Shown: positions 49,878 through 60,402, numbered from the stretch's first letter. The stretch: 64,000 nt of DNA from a bacterium (GCA_963605025.1 CAVCSZ010000003.1:9201-73200), one strand, 5' to 3'. Notes: a model not told the origin generated them from the letters alone. Numbers and translations: made by a program.

Positions 49878-50552
49878 CTATTTAGCTTCTCTTGAAACTA
49901 ATGGTTTAACTTCTAATTTTGAACCGTTTGTTTTAATAGCACTTCTAATTTTAATTAAACCTTTTTTAGGTCCTGGAACGCCACCTTTAATTAAGATGTA
50001 GTTCTTTTCTGCATCAACTTTAACAATATTTAAATTTAATACTGTTGCAGATTGATTTCCCATGTGTCCTGACATTTTTTTGCCTGGGATAACACGGTTG
50101 TTACATCTACCATTGTTAGCAAATGAACCTTGTTGTCTATGATAGCCACTACCATGTCCTTTAGGACCGATTTTGTGACCCCATCTTTTAATGACACCAG
50201 CGTAACCTCTTCCTTTGCTTGTACCAATTACGTCAATAACTTCACCAGCTTGGAATAAATCAGCTTTAATTTCATTTCCGACTTCGAATTTTAACATTTC
50301 ATCACCTTTTAATTCGAATAAATCTTTTTTAGGTGTAACTTTTGCTTTTTCGAAGATTCCTTTTTCACATTTGTTGACATTTTTTAATTTGTCTTCATAA
50401 CCGATTTGAATTGCTTCATATCCGTCTTTTTCTAAAGTCTTCTTTAATGTGACAACGTTTGGTAAGACTTCAATAACTGTGACAGCATACATTGTGCCAT
50501 CTTCAGCGTAAACTTGGGTCATTCCCATTTTACGGCCAATGATTTGTTTCAT
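49878..50552 (-). CDS. rplC: 50S ribosomal protein L3
   Basis: Sequence matches L3. Confidence 0.9.
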   Translation of the reverse strand: MKQIIGRKMGMTQVYAEDGTMYAVTVIEVLPNVVTLKKTLEKDGYEAIQIGYEDKLKNVNKCEKGIFEKAKVTPKKDLFELKGDEMLKFEVGNEIKADLFQAGEVIDVIGTSKGRGYAGVIKRWGHKIGPKGHGSGYHRQQGSFANNGRCNNRVIPGKKMSGHMGNQSATVLNLNIVKVDAEKNYILIKGGVPGPKKGLIKIRSAIKTNGSKLEVKPLVSREAK

Positions 50553-50569
50553 TTTGTCTTGCCTCCTAA

Positions 50570-50881
50570 TTACATTTTAATATCGACTTCAACACCACTA
50601 GGAAGATCTAACTTTCTTAATGAAGCAACTGTATCATTGCTTGGGTTTACGATATCGATAATTCTCTTATGTGTTCTAATTTCGAATTGTTCACGAGAAT
50701 CTTTATATTTATGAACAGCTCTTAAGATTGTGTAGACTTGTTTTTCCGTTGGAAGTGGGACAGGTCCTACTACACGTGCACCTGATTTAGAAGCAGCTTG
50801 ACATAACTTTGAACATGCTAAGTCTAATAACTTGTGATCATAAGCTTGTAAGCGAACTCTAATAGTTTTTGCTTTTGCCAT
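50570..50881 (-). CDS. rpsJ: 30S ribosomal protein S10
   Basis: [20 protein letters not shown] start with an AAGGAG RBS. The longer track ORF is an upstream in-frame extension through the leader. Confidence 0.9.
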   Translation of the reverse strand: MAKAKTIRVRLQAYDHKLLDLACSKLCQAASKSGARVVGPVPLPTEKQVYTILRAVHKYKDSREQFEIRTHKRIIDIVNPSNDTVASLRKLDLPSGVEVDIKM

Positions 50882-50994
50882 GAATTTCTCCTTTACAAAT
50901 TTCCACGCGATGTTTATTGCGAATTCCCTGATACATTTCATGACAACTCTTGTGGGTGTACCAGCAACCTCGCAACTCATTACATGCGATAAAC

Positions 50995-51030
50995 AATACA
51001 ATTTTAAACTATTCAAAATTGAAAGTCAAA
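50995..51030 (-). promoter_or_regulatory. Strong sigma-70-like promoter of the S10 operon (TTGACT-N17-TAAAAT), followed by a ~110-nt relatively GC-rich leader
   Basis: Read directly from the minus strand. The leader (50882-50990) has noticeably higher GC than the surrounding intergenic DNA. Confidence 0.45.
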
Positions 51031-51032
51031 TA

Positions 51033-51059
51033 AAAAATGCGATTTTCATCGCAATTTTT
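51033..51059. terminator. Short bidirectional terminator hairpin (tgcgat/atcgca) after the queuosine operon
   Basis: A-run, 6-bp stem with loop tttc, then T-run. The stem is short. Confidence 0.4.
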
Positions 51060-52652
51060 TTATTCTATTAAATAGATGTTATCTTTAATCATTTCATTAT
51101 ATAAAAATAAAGCTTTTTCCCAATCTTCACCTTCATAAATATAATGATCTGAAGATAATTTATTAAATAATTTGTTAATATTAGAAAGATAATAATTAAA
51201 ATTTGAATCAATATTTTTATGATAGATTAAAGCTTTAAAATTAAACTCTAATCTTCTAAAAATAAATTGAGTGTCTACACTATCTTTTAAATCATTTTTA
51301 AATGCTATAAATTTACAAATAAAATAAGAATTAAGTAAACCTAATTGATTATTAATAATGTTATTTGGATTTAATTCATTAGAATAATCATGAGAAATTA
51401 ATCTTTTATTTATAAATAAGTATTTTGAAGAAAATAATGTTGTATTAAATATAAATAAAAAATCAGAATTAAATTTATTGTAAGGTAAAAAGAATATATT
51501 TTGATTAACAATAAATTCTTTTTTAAACATTTTATTAGATAAAATATTTTTTAAATCTCTTCCTATAAAGAAATTTCTACAAAGATTAATGTTATTTAAA
51601 TTTTTAACTTTAAGAATGTAATTTAAAGATTTATGATATTTATTTTTCTTTTTATAATAATATAAACATTCTACGATATCAGCATTTTTAGAATTAATTA
51701 ATTCATATAAATTAGATAAATAATCTTCTTTTAAAATATCATTAGAATTAATAAAAGAAATATATTTAGAAGGTATTTCTTTAATAATATTATTTAATCC
51801 TTCTTCTTTTAAAGAAGAAGATATTTTTAAAATAAATTTATCATTATATTCTTTTAAATAATTATTAATTAATTCAATATCTTCTTTAAGTTCATTATTA
51901 ATTAATAAATAAGTAATAAAAGGTACTTTAATATTTTGAGTAATAATAGAATCTAATAATTCTTTTAAATGATTATTTTTATTATAAATAGTAACTATTA
52001 ATCCTATTTGATATTTATTAATAAATTCTTTTGGTAAAGAAAATTCACATCCACAATAATTCTGACGATATATATTATATTTTTTAGCAATTTCAATACC
52101 TATTTCTTGTCCATTATTCTTTTTAAAATCACTATAAATATATTTAATAGAAGGATATTTTAAATTTATCTTTTCATTAATTAAATTAATATAATCAGAA
52201 TCTTTATTACGTGATACACTCATTACAGTAGCAACATATTTAAAACCTTTTAAAGTTGCTACTTCATATAATCTTTCCATTCTTTTAAGAATACATATTT
52301 TACATCTATTCATTCCTTCTTTTTGATCTTTAAAAGGTAATAAATCTATTTTAAAAGATTCATAATCATAATCATCTTCTATTAAATCTATTCTTATTTT
52401 ATTATCTATAAAAAAATCATTTAAATATTTTCTTAAAGATTCTAATCTTTTATCATATTCGCTTTTAGGATAAATATTACTATTAGAATATAAAATAGTA
52501 ATATCAAATAAATCACTTAAGTACATTAAAGGATATGCACTACAAGCACCACAACAAACATGTAATAATAATTTAGGTTTATCATTCTCTATCTTTCTAA
52601 TTTCTCGATATTCTTTAACAAATTCTAAATAATAATTCTTTTTATTATCCAT
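51060..52652 (-). CDS. queH: Fusion protein: epoxyqueuosine reductase QueH (DUF208) N-terminal domain plus a C-terminal GT2-like glycosyltransferase domain
   Basis: N-terminal ~210 aa have LLLHVCCGACSAYP, YSNSNIYP, RCKIC and YRQNYCGCEFS (QueH Cys motifs). C-terminal ~320 aa have a GT-A pattern (IGLIVTIYNKNNHLKELLDSIITQ; DxD positions read LLINNE and FINSND). It is the last gene of the queT-tgt-queA operon. Confidence 0.6.
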   Translation of the reverse strand: MDNKKNYYLEFVKEYREIRKIENDKPKLLLHVCCGACSAYPLMYLSDLFDITILYSNSNIYPKSEYDKRLESLRKYLNDFFIDNKIRIDLIEDDYDYESFKIDLLPFKDQKEGMNRCKICILKRMERLYEVATLKGFKYVATVMSVSRNKDSDYINLINEKINLKYPSIKYIYSDFKKNNGQEIGIEIAKKYNIYRQNYCGCEFSLPKEFINKYQIGLIVTIYNKNNHLKELLDSIITQNIKVPFITYLLINNELKEDIELINNYLKEYNDKFILKISSSLKEEGLNNIIKEIPSKYISFINSNDILKEDYLSNLYELINSKNADIVECLYYYKKKNKYHKSLNYILKVKNLNNINLCRNFFIGRDLKNILSNKMFKKEFIVNQNIFFLPYNKFNSDFLFIFNTTLFSSKYLFINKRLISHDYSNELNPNNIINNQLGLLNSYFICKFIAFKNDLKDSVDTQFIFRRLEFNFKALIYHKNIDSNFNYYLSNINKLFNKLSSDHYIYEGEDWEKALFLYNEMIKDNIYLIE

Positions 52653-52733
52653 ATAATTATTTTATATTATTTAAAATTAATTATAAAGAAAATAAAAAAT
52701 TACTCCTAATTAATAGAAGTAATTTTTTAATAA

Positions 52734-53756
52734 TTATTCAATAAACATTGAATCTCCAAAACTAAAGAATCTATATTTATTATCTACTGCATGTTTATAA
52801 CATTCTAAAGTAAATTCTCTTCCCATAAATGCACTTACAAGCATTACTAAAGTAGATTTAGGTAAATGGAAATTAGTAATAACTGCATCTACTACTTTAA
52901 ATTTATATCCAGGTTCTATAAATATTTTAGTGTCATCTCTATCTTCTTTAAAACAATTATTCTTAGTATATGAAGCTTCTAAAGTTCTTATAACTGTAGT
53001 ACCTACTGCTATTATTCTTCTATTTTCTTTTTTAGCAAGACTTAATCTACTAGCAACATATTCATCTATTTCATAATGTTCACTATGCATTACATGATCT
53101 TTAGTATCATTAACTTTTACAGGTCTAAAAGTACCTAATCCAATATTTAAAGTAACATCTAATATTTCTACACCTTTTTCTTTAATTTTTTCTAATAATT
53201 CATTAGTAAAATGAAATCCTGCAGTAGGTGCTGCACTACTTCCATTTATTTTAGCGTATACAGTTTGATATTCACTTTTATCTTTCATTTTCTCATGAAT
53301 ATAAGGAGGTAAAGGCATTATTCCTACTTTATCTAATACTTCTAAAAAGATTCCTTCATAATAGAATTTAATAATTCTAATACCTTCATCTCTAACTTCA
53401 ATACATTCTCCTTTTAAAATATCTTTAAAATCAATAAATGTACCTACCTTAATTGTTTTAGCGTTTCCACATAAACATTCATAAGTATCTTTAGATATTT
53501 CTTTTAATAATAATACTTCTACTTTAGCACCTGTCCCTTCTTTTATTCCATATAATCTAGAAGGATTAACTTTAGTGTTATTTCTTACTAAAACATCTCC
53601 AGGTTTTAAATAATCAATAATATCATAAAAATGTTTATCTTCATATGTTTTAGAATCTTTAAAGACATGTAATAATTTACATTCATCTCTTATTTTAGAA
53701 GGAGATTGTGCAATTAATTCTTCTGGTAAATAATAATCAAATAAATTTATATCCAT
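52734..53756 (-). CDS. queA: S-adenosylmethionine:tRNA ribosyltransferase-isomerase
   Basis: MDINLFDYYLPEELIAQSP N-terminus and overall QueA pattern; 340 aa. Confidence 0.9.
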   Translation of the reverse strand: MDINLFDYYLPEELIAQSPSKIRDECKLLHVFKDSKTYEDKHFYDIIDYLKPGDVLVRNNTKVNPSRLYGIKEGTGAKVEVLLLKEISKDTYECLCGNAKTIKVGTFIDFKDILKGECIEVRDEGIRIIKFYYEGIFLEVLDKVGIMPLPPYIHEKMKDKSEYQTVYAKINGSSAAPTAGFHFTNELLEKIKEKGVEILDVTLNIGLGTFRPVKVNDTKDHVMHSEHYEIDEYVASRLSLAKKENRRIIAVGTTVIRTLEASYTKNNCFKEDRDDTKIFIEPGYKFKVVDAVITNFHLPKSTLVMLVSAFMGREFTLECYKHAVDNKYRFFSFGDSMFIE

Positions 53757-53758
53757 AT

Positions 53759-54892
<1,134 letters not shown>

Positions 54893-54923
54893 TCAAATGA
54901 ATTATACTAATTATTAAATTAAA

Positions 54924-55508
54924 TTACCATTTAAAATCAATATTTCTAGTAGCATTTATTATTTTTCCATATCCATGATATGCTTTTAAAAGCATAAAAA
55001 TAATATAACCAAATACATTAATAGATAATAATTCTCCAAGTAATACCCATCCCCACATAACAAAATATAACATTGGAGTAAAATTAAATGCATCTTGAGT
55101 ATTTAAACATGCTAAATAAATAATTAAAGGCACCATAAATGCATTTACAAAACATGGAATTAATCCAGTTAAAAATAATGATTTAACTTTCTTAGAAAAT
55201 ATAATCATTAATATACAAGAAATAAATGTTGCTAATGTACCTAAAGTAATATCATAAATTCCACTACTACTAGCAAAATTAGCAAGTAAACATCCAATAG
55301 TTAATCCTAAAGTATAATGAGGATTAAAAAATACTAATAATACTAAGAATTCACTAAATCTAAATTGCATATAAGAATAAGATAATCCTAAAAAATTACC
55401 TAAATAAGTTAAAACAGCATATAAAGCCGCAATTAAAGCATTAATGCATAATGTTTTAACATTAAAAGCATCCTTCCAAAAAGAAGACTTCTTTTCATTT
55501 TGTTCCAT
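54924..55508 (-). CDS. queT: Queuosine-precursor transporter QueT (ECF-type S component, COG4708)
   Basis: About 190-aa polytopic membrane protein that is the first gene of the tgt-queA-queH operon, as is typical for QueT. Confidence 0.55.
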   Translation of the reverse strand: MEQNEKKSSFWKDAFNVKTLCINALIAALYAVLTYLGNFLGLSYSYMQFRFSEFLVLLVFFNPHYTLGLTIGCLLANFASSSGIYDITLGTLATFISCILMIIFSKKVKSLFLTGLIPCFVNAFMVPLIIYLACLNTQDAFNFTPMLYFVMWGWVLLGELLSINVFGYIIFMLLKAYHGYGKIINATRNIDFKW

Positions 55509-55598
55509 ATTAATTTCCCCCTGTTTTATTTTAAGAGTGGTTAGTCATGGGAATAAGTTATTTAATTAACTTACAAGACACTCTAGTAGAACATATCT

Positions 55599-55627
55599 AT
55601 TATATATATCTAAAGAATAAATATCAA
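55599..55627 (-). promoter_or_regulatory. Sigma-70-like promoter (TTGATA-N17-TATAAT) for the queT-tgt-queA-queH operon
   Basis: Read from the minus strand, about 90 nt upstream of the queT ATG. Confidence 0.4.
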
Positions 55628-55635
55628 AAAGAAAA

Positions 55636-55686
55636 TAAAAAAAGTTATTAATTGAAGGTAGGATTTCAATTTAATAACTTTTTTAA
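55636..55686. terminator. Bidirectional rho-independent terminator after the amino-acid ABC operon
   Basis: 15-bp stem (agttattaattgaa / ttcaatttaataact) flanked by an A-run and a T-run. Confidence 0.6.
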
Positions 55687-55693
55687 ACAATAA

Positions 55694-56578
55694 TTAATTT
55701 ATTTCTACTCTATTTTCAACTTCTTCCATAATAGAATTAAAGTCTTCATTAGAATATGTTTTTAATATATCATTTACTTCATCTTTTAATGTAGTATTTG
55801 ATTTATTAACACCAATATAAGAATTACATTTTCCTTGATCTTCAGGATCTAAGAAACTTTGATCTAAATATAATACACTTAAATCTTTATATTTTTTTAC
55901 TAATTGTTCTGCTACTGGAACTTCTGTTAAAGAAACAAAACTTCCTCCATTACTAACATCTAAAGCACATAATCCATAACTATTTAAAGGATTATCATGT
56001 TTAATAGATTTATCAAAGAATGTAAAATATTTATCAATAAATTCATCTTGCATAGTACCTGCTTGAGCAACCATCGATTTATCTTTTAAAAATTCTAAGA
56101 AATCAGTATATTTAAAAGGATTTTCTTTAGTGCCATAACTAGTATGCATATTTTCAGTTTTAATAATACATGCATATTGAGAAGAATAATAAGGACTTGT
56201 AAAATCTACTACTTTTAATCTTTCTTCTGTTGCAATTAATCCTCCAAATGCTAAATCAATATTACCTTGTTGTAATTCAATTAATAATGAATCAAATACA
56301 ATTCTTTTAACTACTAATTCTTTATTTAACTTTTTAGCAATTTCTTTAGCAATTTGAATATCATATCCATCTGCAAATTCCATTGTACCATCAATTTTAT
56401 AAGTATATTCTGATTCTTTTGATGCATTCCAACTAAAGGGAACATAATCACAATCAGTACCTATAATTAAATATTTTGCTTGATCATTTGTGGAATTTCC
56501 ACATGAAGCACAAAGTGCTAATGTTGATGATAAAGCAATGAAACTCATCAACTTCTTTTCTTTGAAATTAAATTTCAT
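55694..56578 (-). CDS. Polar amino-acid ABC transporter substrate-binding lipoprotein (paralogue 2)
   Basis: Lipobox LALCASCGNS and family-3 binding-protein fold. It is a paralogue of the 58518-59399 product. Confidence 0.75.
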   Translation of the reverse strand: MKFNFKEKKLMSFIALSSTLALCASCGNSTNDQAKYLIIGTDCDYVPFSWNASKESEYTYKIDGTMEFADGYDIQIAKEIAKKLNKELVVKRIVFDSLLIELQQGNIDLAFGGLIATEERLKVVDFTSPYYSSQYACIIKTENMHTSYGTKENPFKYTDFLEFLKDKSMVAQAGTMQDEFIDKYFTFFDKSIKHDNPLNSYGLCALDVSNGGSFVSLTEVPVAEQLVKKYKDLSVLYLDQSFLDPEDQGKCNSYIGVNKSNTTLKDEVNDILKTYSNEDFNSIMEEVENRVEIN

Positions 56579-56707
56579 AATCTTGAATAATACTCCTTGT
56601 CTTTTATTAGACTTTAAAATATTAATACAAATTTAAAAAAATACAATAAAATTTTTATAAAAATATAAAAAAATATTCAAGCATTAAACTTGAATATTTT
56701 TTCTTAA

Positions 56708-57724
56708 TTAATCTTTATCATCTAAATGTAAGAACTCTCTAGTTCTAATTTCTTTAGGATTAGTAAATATTTCTTTAGTGTCTCCATATTCTACAATATG
56801 TCCATGTTCCATAAATAATGTTTTATTAGATACATTCTTAACAAATTTCATTTCATGAGAAACTACTATCATAGTCATTCCTGATTCTGCTAAAGCCTTC
56901 ATTACTTCTAAAACTTCATTAACCATTTCAGGATCTAATGCACTAGTAGGTTCATCAAATAAAATAATATCTGGATCCATACATAATGCTCTTGCAATAG
57001 CAACTCTTTGTTTTTGACCACCTGATAATTCATCAATTCTATAATTCATTCTATCTTGCATATTAACACTAGTTAAATGTTTAATTGCAATTTCTTTAGC
57101 TTCATTTCTAGAACGATGTAATACTTTTACTTGTGCTAAAATACAATTTTCTAATACATTATAATTATTAAATAAATTAAATGATTGGAAAACCATAACT
57201 ATTTTAGTACGCATTTTATTAATTTCTTTAGAATTAATTTTAGTATTAGGACTTTCCTTAATAGCAGCTTTATAAGCTTCATTATCAAAATAATTAATCT
57301 TTAAAGGAGCATTTTTTCTTACTTCTTTAAATTCTTTATTAGCTATTTTTAATTTAGCTTTTATTTCTTTTTTCTCTTCTTTAGAAATATTTTCTAATAA
57401 TTTATTTTTATAAATAGCAACATTATCTTCTGTTCTTACTAATTCTTCTTCATAGAATTTATAAGCTTCTTTATATTTAACATAATCTACGAAATCATCT
57501 TTACATTTATTAATAGAAAAATAAACATTATTTTCATAACTCATTATTCCTCTAGTAGGTGTTTCAAGTAAATTTAAACATCTTAAGAAAGTAGATTTTC
57601 CACTTCCAGAAGGACCAATAATTGCTATAACATCACCTTTAGAAACATCTAAAGATATATCTTTTAAAACTTTATTAGTACCAAAGAATTTAGCAAGATT
57701 CTCTACATGTAATAAATTATCCAT
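56708..57724 (-). CDS. Polar amino-acid ABC transporter ATP-binding protein with a ~95-aa lysine-rich insertion
   Basis: Walker [10 protein letters not shown], signature LSGGQKQR, Walker [12 protein letters not shown]. An insertion lies between Walker A and the Q-loop. Confidence 0.8.
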   Translation of the reverse strand: MDNLLHVENLAKFFGTNKVLKDISLDVSKGDVIAIIGPSGSGKSTFLRCLNLLETPTRGIMSYENNVYFSINKCKDDFVDYVKYKEAYKFYEEELVRTEDNVAIYKNKLLENISKEEKKEIKAKLKIANKEFKEVRKNAPLKINYFDNEAYKAAIKESPNTKINSKEINKMRTKIVMVFQSFNLFNNYNVLENCILAQVKVLHRSRNEAKEIAIKHLTSVNMQDRMNYRIDELSGGQKQRVAIARALCMDPDIILFDEPTSALDPEMVNEVLEVMKALAESGMTMIVVSHEMKFVKNVSNKTLFMEHGHIVEYGDTKEIFTNPKEIRTREFLHLDDKD

Positions 57725-58518
57725 TATATTAAATCTCCTTTTCTAAAATATCTTCCGAATGGATTTAAAGAAATCTTCTTTCCATTTAATTTCTTTTCTA
57801 TTAATTTTAAAATACCAGTAAAAATTAAAGTAAGTGCTAAATAAATAATTGCTAAAATTAAATAACATTCCATAAATGAATAAGTTCTTCCTGCAATTAA
57901 GAATATTCTATAATAAAGTTCAGTAACTGTAATAACATTTAAAACAGAAGAATCTTTAATATTAACAATTAATTCATTTCCAATAGTAGGAATAGCATTT
58001 TTTAAAGCTTGAGGTAATACAATTAAAAGTGAAGTTTTAGAAGCACTGAAACCTAAACTTCTAGCGCCTTCTACTTGACCTTTATCAATACCATTCAATC
58101 CACTTCTTACTATTTCTCCCATATATGCACTAGTATTTAATGTAATAACAATTAAACCTGCAAATAACCATCCATTTAAAACGTAAGAAATTTCTCCACT
58201 AAATTGAATAGCACCCCAGTTAACTCCTAATGCTTGAGATCCATATTTAAATAATAATGCTTGAACCATCATAGGAGTACCTCTAATAACACTAGAATAG
58301 ATATTACATATTCCTTTTAATAAAGCTTTAAAGAAATATGCTATTTTATTATCATTAAATCTATCTAATTTAATATTTTTACCATATGCTAAAAATATTC
58401 CTAAGATTAATCCAACTATTGTACCAAATAAAGCAAGTATTAATGTTGATAAAATTCCATAAGAGATAATTGTAATATTTTGTCCAAATATCTCCCACAT
58501 TTTATCAAAATTAACCAT
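57724..58518 (-). CDS. Polar amino-acid ABC transporter permease
   Basis: HisM/GlnP-like permease with an EAA-like loop. Confidence 0.8.
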   Translation of the reverse strand: MVNFDKMWEIFGQNITIISYGILSTLILALFGTIVGLILGIFLAYGKNIKLDRFNDNKIAYFFKALLKGICNIYSSVIRGTPMMVQALLFKYGSQALGVNWGAIQFSGEISYVLNGWLFAGLIVITLNTSAYMGEIVRSGLNGIDKGQVEGARSLGFSASKTSLLIVLPQALKNAIPTIGNELIVNIKDSSVLNVITVTELYYRIFLIAGRTYSFMECYLILAIIYLALTLIFTGILKLIEKKLNGKKISLNPFGRYFRKGDLI

Positions 58519-59399
58519 TAAGCATTTTCAGCTGATCTTTGAGCAGCTGCTCCCATCATTTCACCTCTTTCACTATCTGATAATTTAGCAAGTGAACTAT
58601 TTAATAATTCTTCTAATTCAGTATTACCTTTTTTAATACCAATACTAACAGTTAAACCATTTTTATCATCATCACTTAAGAAAGAATAATCACAATAAAG
58701 TGCACTTAATCCACCTAAATTACACATAGCTTCTACTACAGGTGCTTCAGCAGGCATTGCAAAACTATTACCAGATTTAACATCTTGAGCTGCTAAAGGA
58801 TAAGTAGCTAATGGAGAATTATGAATAATTGTAGAATCTATTGCACTAAAATAAGTATCAATAAAATCATCACCTACTACACTAGCTTGACAAATTAAAG
58901 AATGATTTTTAAATAATTCTAATAATTGTTCATATGTTGCAGGATTTTCTTTTGTACCATATCCTGAAGGCATATTTTCAGTTTTAATTAAGAATGCTAA
59001 ATCACTTGATAAATAAGGAACTGTAAAATCAATAGATTTTCTTCTTTCAGTAGTATCTGTCATACCTGCTAAAATCATATTAATATCATCACCTTGTAAA
59101 GAAGGAACAAGTGAATCCCAAGTCATTCTTTTAATATATACTTCTTTATTTAAATCTTTTGATAAATATTTAGCAATTTGAATATCATATCCATCTGCGT
59201 ATTCATTTGTACCATATAATGGTAAAGTATACTCACTTTCACTAGAAGCAGTCCAGTTAAAAGGTTGATAATTAGCTTCCATTCCAATTACTAAAACATC
59301 ATTACTTACTGTTAATGAATTACATGATGTTAAACTTCCTGAAATTGAAGCAACACTTACTAATGATAAAATCATTTTTCTAATACTATTTCTTTTCAT
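58518..59399 (-). CDS. Polar amino-acid (likely lysine) ABC transporter substrate-binding lipoprotein (paralogue 1)
   Basis: Lipobox LTSCNS and family-3 binding-protein fold. It is the first gene after the lysine riboswitch. Confidence 0.75.
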   Translation of the reverse strand: MKRNSIRKMILSLVSVASISGSLTSCNSLTVSNDVLVIGMEANYQPFNWTASSESEYTLPLYGTNEYADGYDIQIAKYLSKDLNKEVYIKRMTWDSLVPSLQGDDINMILAGMTDTTERRKSIDFTVPYLSSDLAFLIKTENMPSGYGTKENPATYEQLLELFKNHSLICQASVVGDDFIDTYFSAIDSTIIHNSPLATYPLAAQDVKSGNSFAMPAEAPVVEAMCNLGGLSALYCDYSFLSDDDKNGLTVSIGIKKGNTELEELLNSSLAKLSDSERGEMMGAAAQRSAENA

Positions 59400-59426
59400 A
59401 TTTAATTAAATCCCCCTATAATGAAT

Positions 59427-59645
59427 AAGAAAAAGGTTGCATCAATCGATGCAACCTAATTAAATATTTAATTAAATAGTAACATCGATAGCTCCTCTAC
59501 AATTGTAGGAGTCTATAAGATGTTATCTTATAGCCCAATCATTATTTATACCTAAATAATGTTTCGGCGATTATTCCTTTCCTTAATTTCACTTGATGTC
59601 TCATCCATTAAGTACTAATTTTAATCGCGCCTCTATCAATTACGT
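59427..59645 (-). promoter_or_regulatory. Lysine riboswitch (L-box) with an intrinsic terminator expression platform
   Basis: The minus-strand leader contains GAUAGAGGCGCG, GUGAAAUUAAGGAAAGGAAUAAUCGCCGAAAC and UGUAGAGGAGCUAUCG, matching the conserved L-box blocks (B. subtilis lysC: GAUAGAGGUGCG, GGCUGAAAGGGGAGCGUCGCCGAAG, UGGAGGGCUAUCUCG). The terminator is ggttgcatc/gatgcaacc plus UUUUUCUU (59427-59456), with an alternative antiterminator pairing through the AUCGAUG element. Confidence 0.85.
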
Positions 59646-59649
59646 AATA

Positions 59650-59677
59650 AGTATATACTAAAATTAAAATAAATCAA
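59650..59677 (-). promoter_or_regulatory. Promoter (TTGATT-N16-TATACT) driving the L-box leader
   Basis: Read from the minus strand; the riboswitch begins about 8 nt downstream. Confidence 0.4.
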
Positions 59678-59742
59678 TAAGAATTTTTATTTTTTTAAAT
59701 ATTAAGATAAAATTAAATTTTATTTAAAATGATAAATTAAAA

Positions 59743-59771
59743 TTGAATATTAATTTCTAAATAAATAAAAT
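59743..59771 (+). promoter_or_regulatory. Promoter (TTGAAT-N17-TAAAAT) for hpt
   Basis: Read from the plus strand, 20 nt upstream of the hpt ATG. Confidence 0.4.
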
Positions 59772-59790
59772 AATTTATAGGTAAAAATAT

Positions 59791-60360
59791 ATGAGAGAAA
59801 TAGTTATTAATGAAAAAGAAATAGATTTAATTACATCTAAATGCGCTAAAGAATTAAAAGAAAAATTTAAAGATAATAAAAAAGCTCCTATTTTAATTGG
59901 AGTATTAAAAGGTGCTTTACCATTTATGATGGATTTAGTAAAGAAATGTGATTTTGAATTAGAAGAAGATTTTATTCAAGTATCTTCTTATAATGGAACT
60001 GCTTCTACTGGAGTAGTACATTTAAAAAAAGATGTTAGTAAAGATATTAAAGATCGTGATATTGTTTTAATTGAAGATATTATTGATACTGGATTAACAT
60101 TATCTTATTTAAAACAATATTTAAAAATGAAATATAATCCTAATAGTATTACTATTTGTACTTTTATTGATAAAAAACCATTAAGAAAAGTAGAATTAGA
60201 AGCTGATGTAGTAGGTACTACTATTAATGATAATAAGTTTTTAGTAGGTTATGGATTAGATTATAATGAACTTGCTAGAAATATTAATTATGTATTTATT
60301 CCTTCTAAAGAAGATTTAAATAAATGGGATAAATTATTAAAAGAACAAGAAAATAACTAA
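59791..60360 (+). CDS. hpt: Hypoxanthine-guanine phosphoribosyltransferase
   Basis: PRPP-binding motif VLIEDIIDTGLTL; 189 aa. Confidence 0.85.
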   Translation: MREIVINEKEIDLITSKCAKELKEKFKDNKKAPILIGVLKGALPFMMDLVKKCDFELEEDFIQVSSYNGTASTGVVHLKKDVSKDIKDRDIVLIEDIIDTGLTLSYLKQYLKMKYNPNSITICTFIDKKPLRKVELEADVVGTTINDNKFLVGYGLDYNELARNINYVFIPSKEDLNKWDKLLKEQENN

Positions 60361-60395
60361 AAATAAAGGAGAATCGTTAGATTCTCCTTTTAATT
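60360..60395. terminator. Bidirectional terminator between hpt and the HesB-like gene
   Basis: Stem aaggagaatc / gattctcctt flanked by an A-run and a T-run. Confidence 0.55.
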
Positions 60396-60402
60396 TAATT
60401 AA

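Noticed and set aside
55509-55598. Confident call of a preQ1-I riboswitch upstream of queT
   Set aside because: The closing helix encloses a ~50-nt loop, far larger than the ~12-nt loop of preQ1-I. The resemblance is only architectural, so it is reported as a candidate finding rather than as a feature.
59400-59650. T-box leader hypothesis for the amino-acid ABC operon leader
   Set aside because: The antiterminator region only weakly resembles the T-box consensus (AAUUAGGGUGGUACCGCG). The 5' blocks match the lysine riboswitch far better (AGAGGCGCG, GUCGCCGAA-like, GGAGCUAUC), so L-box was preferred.
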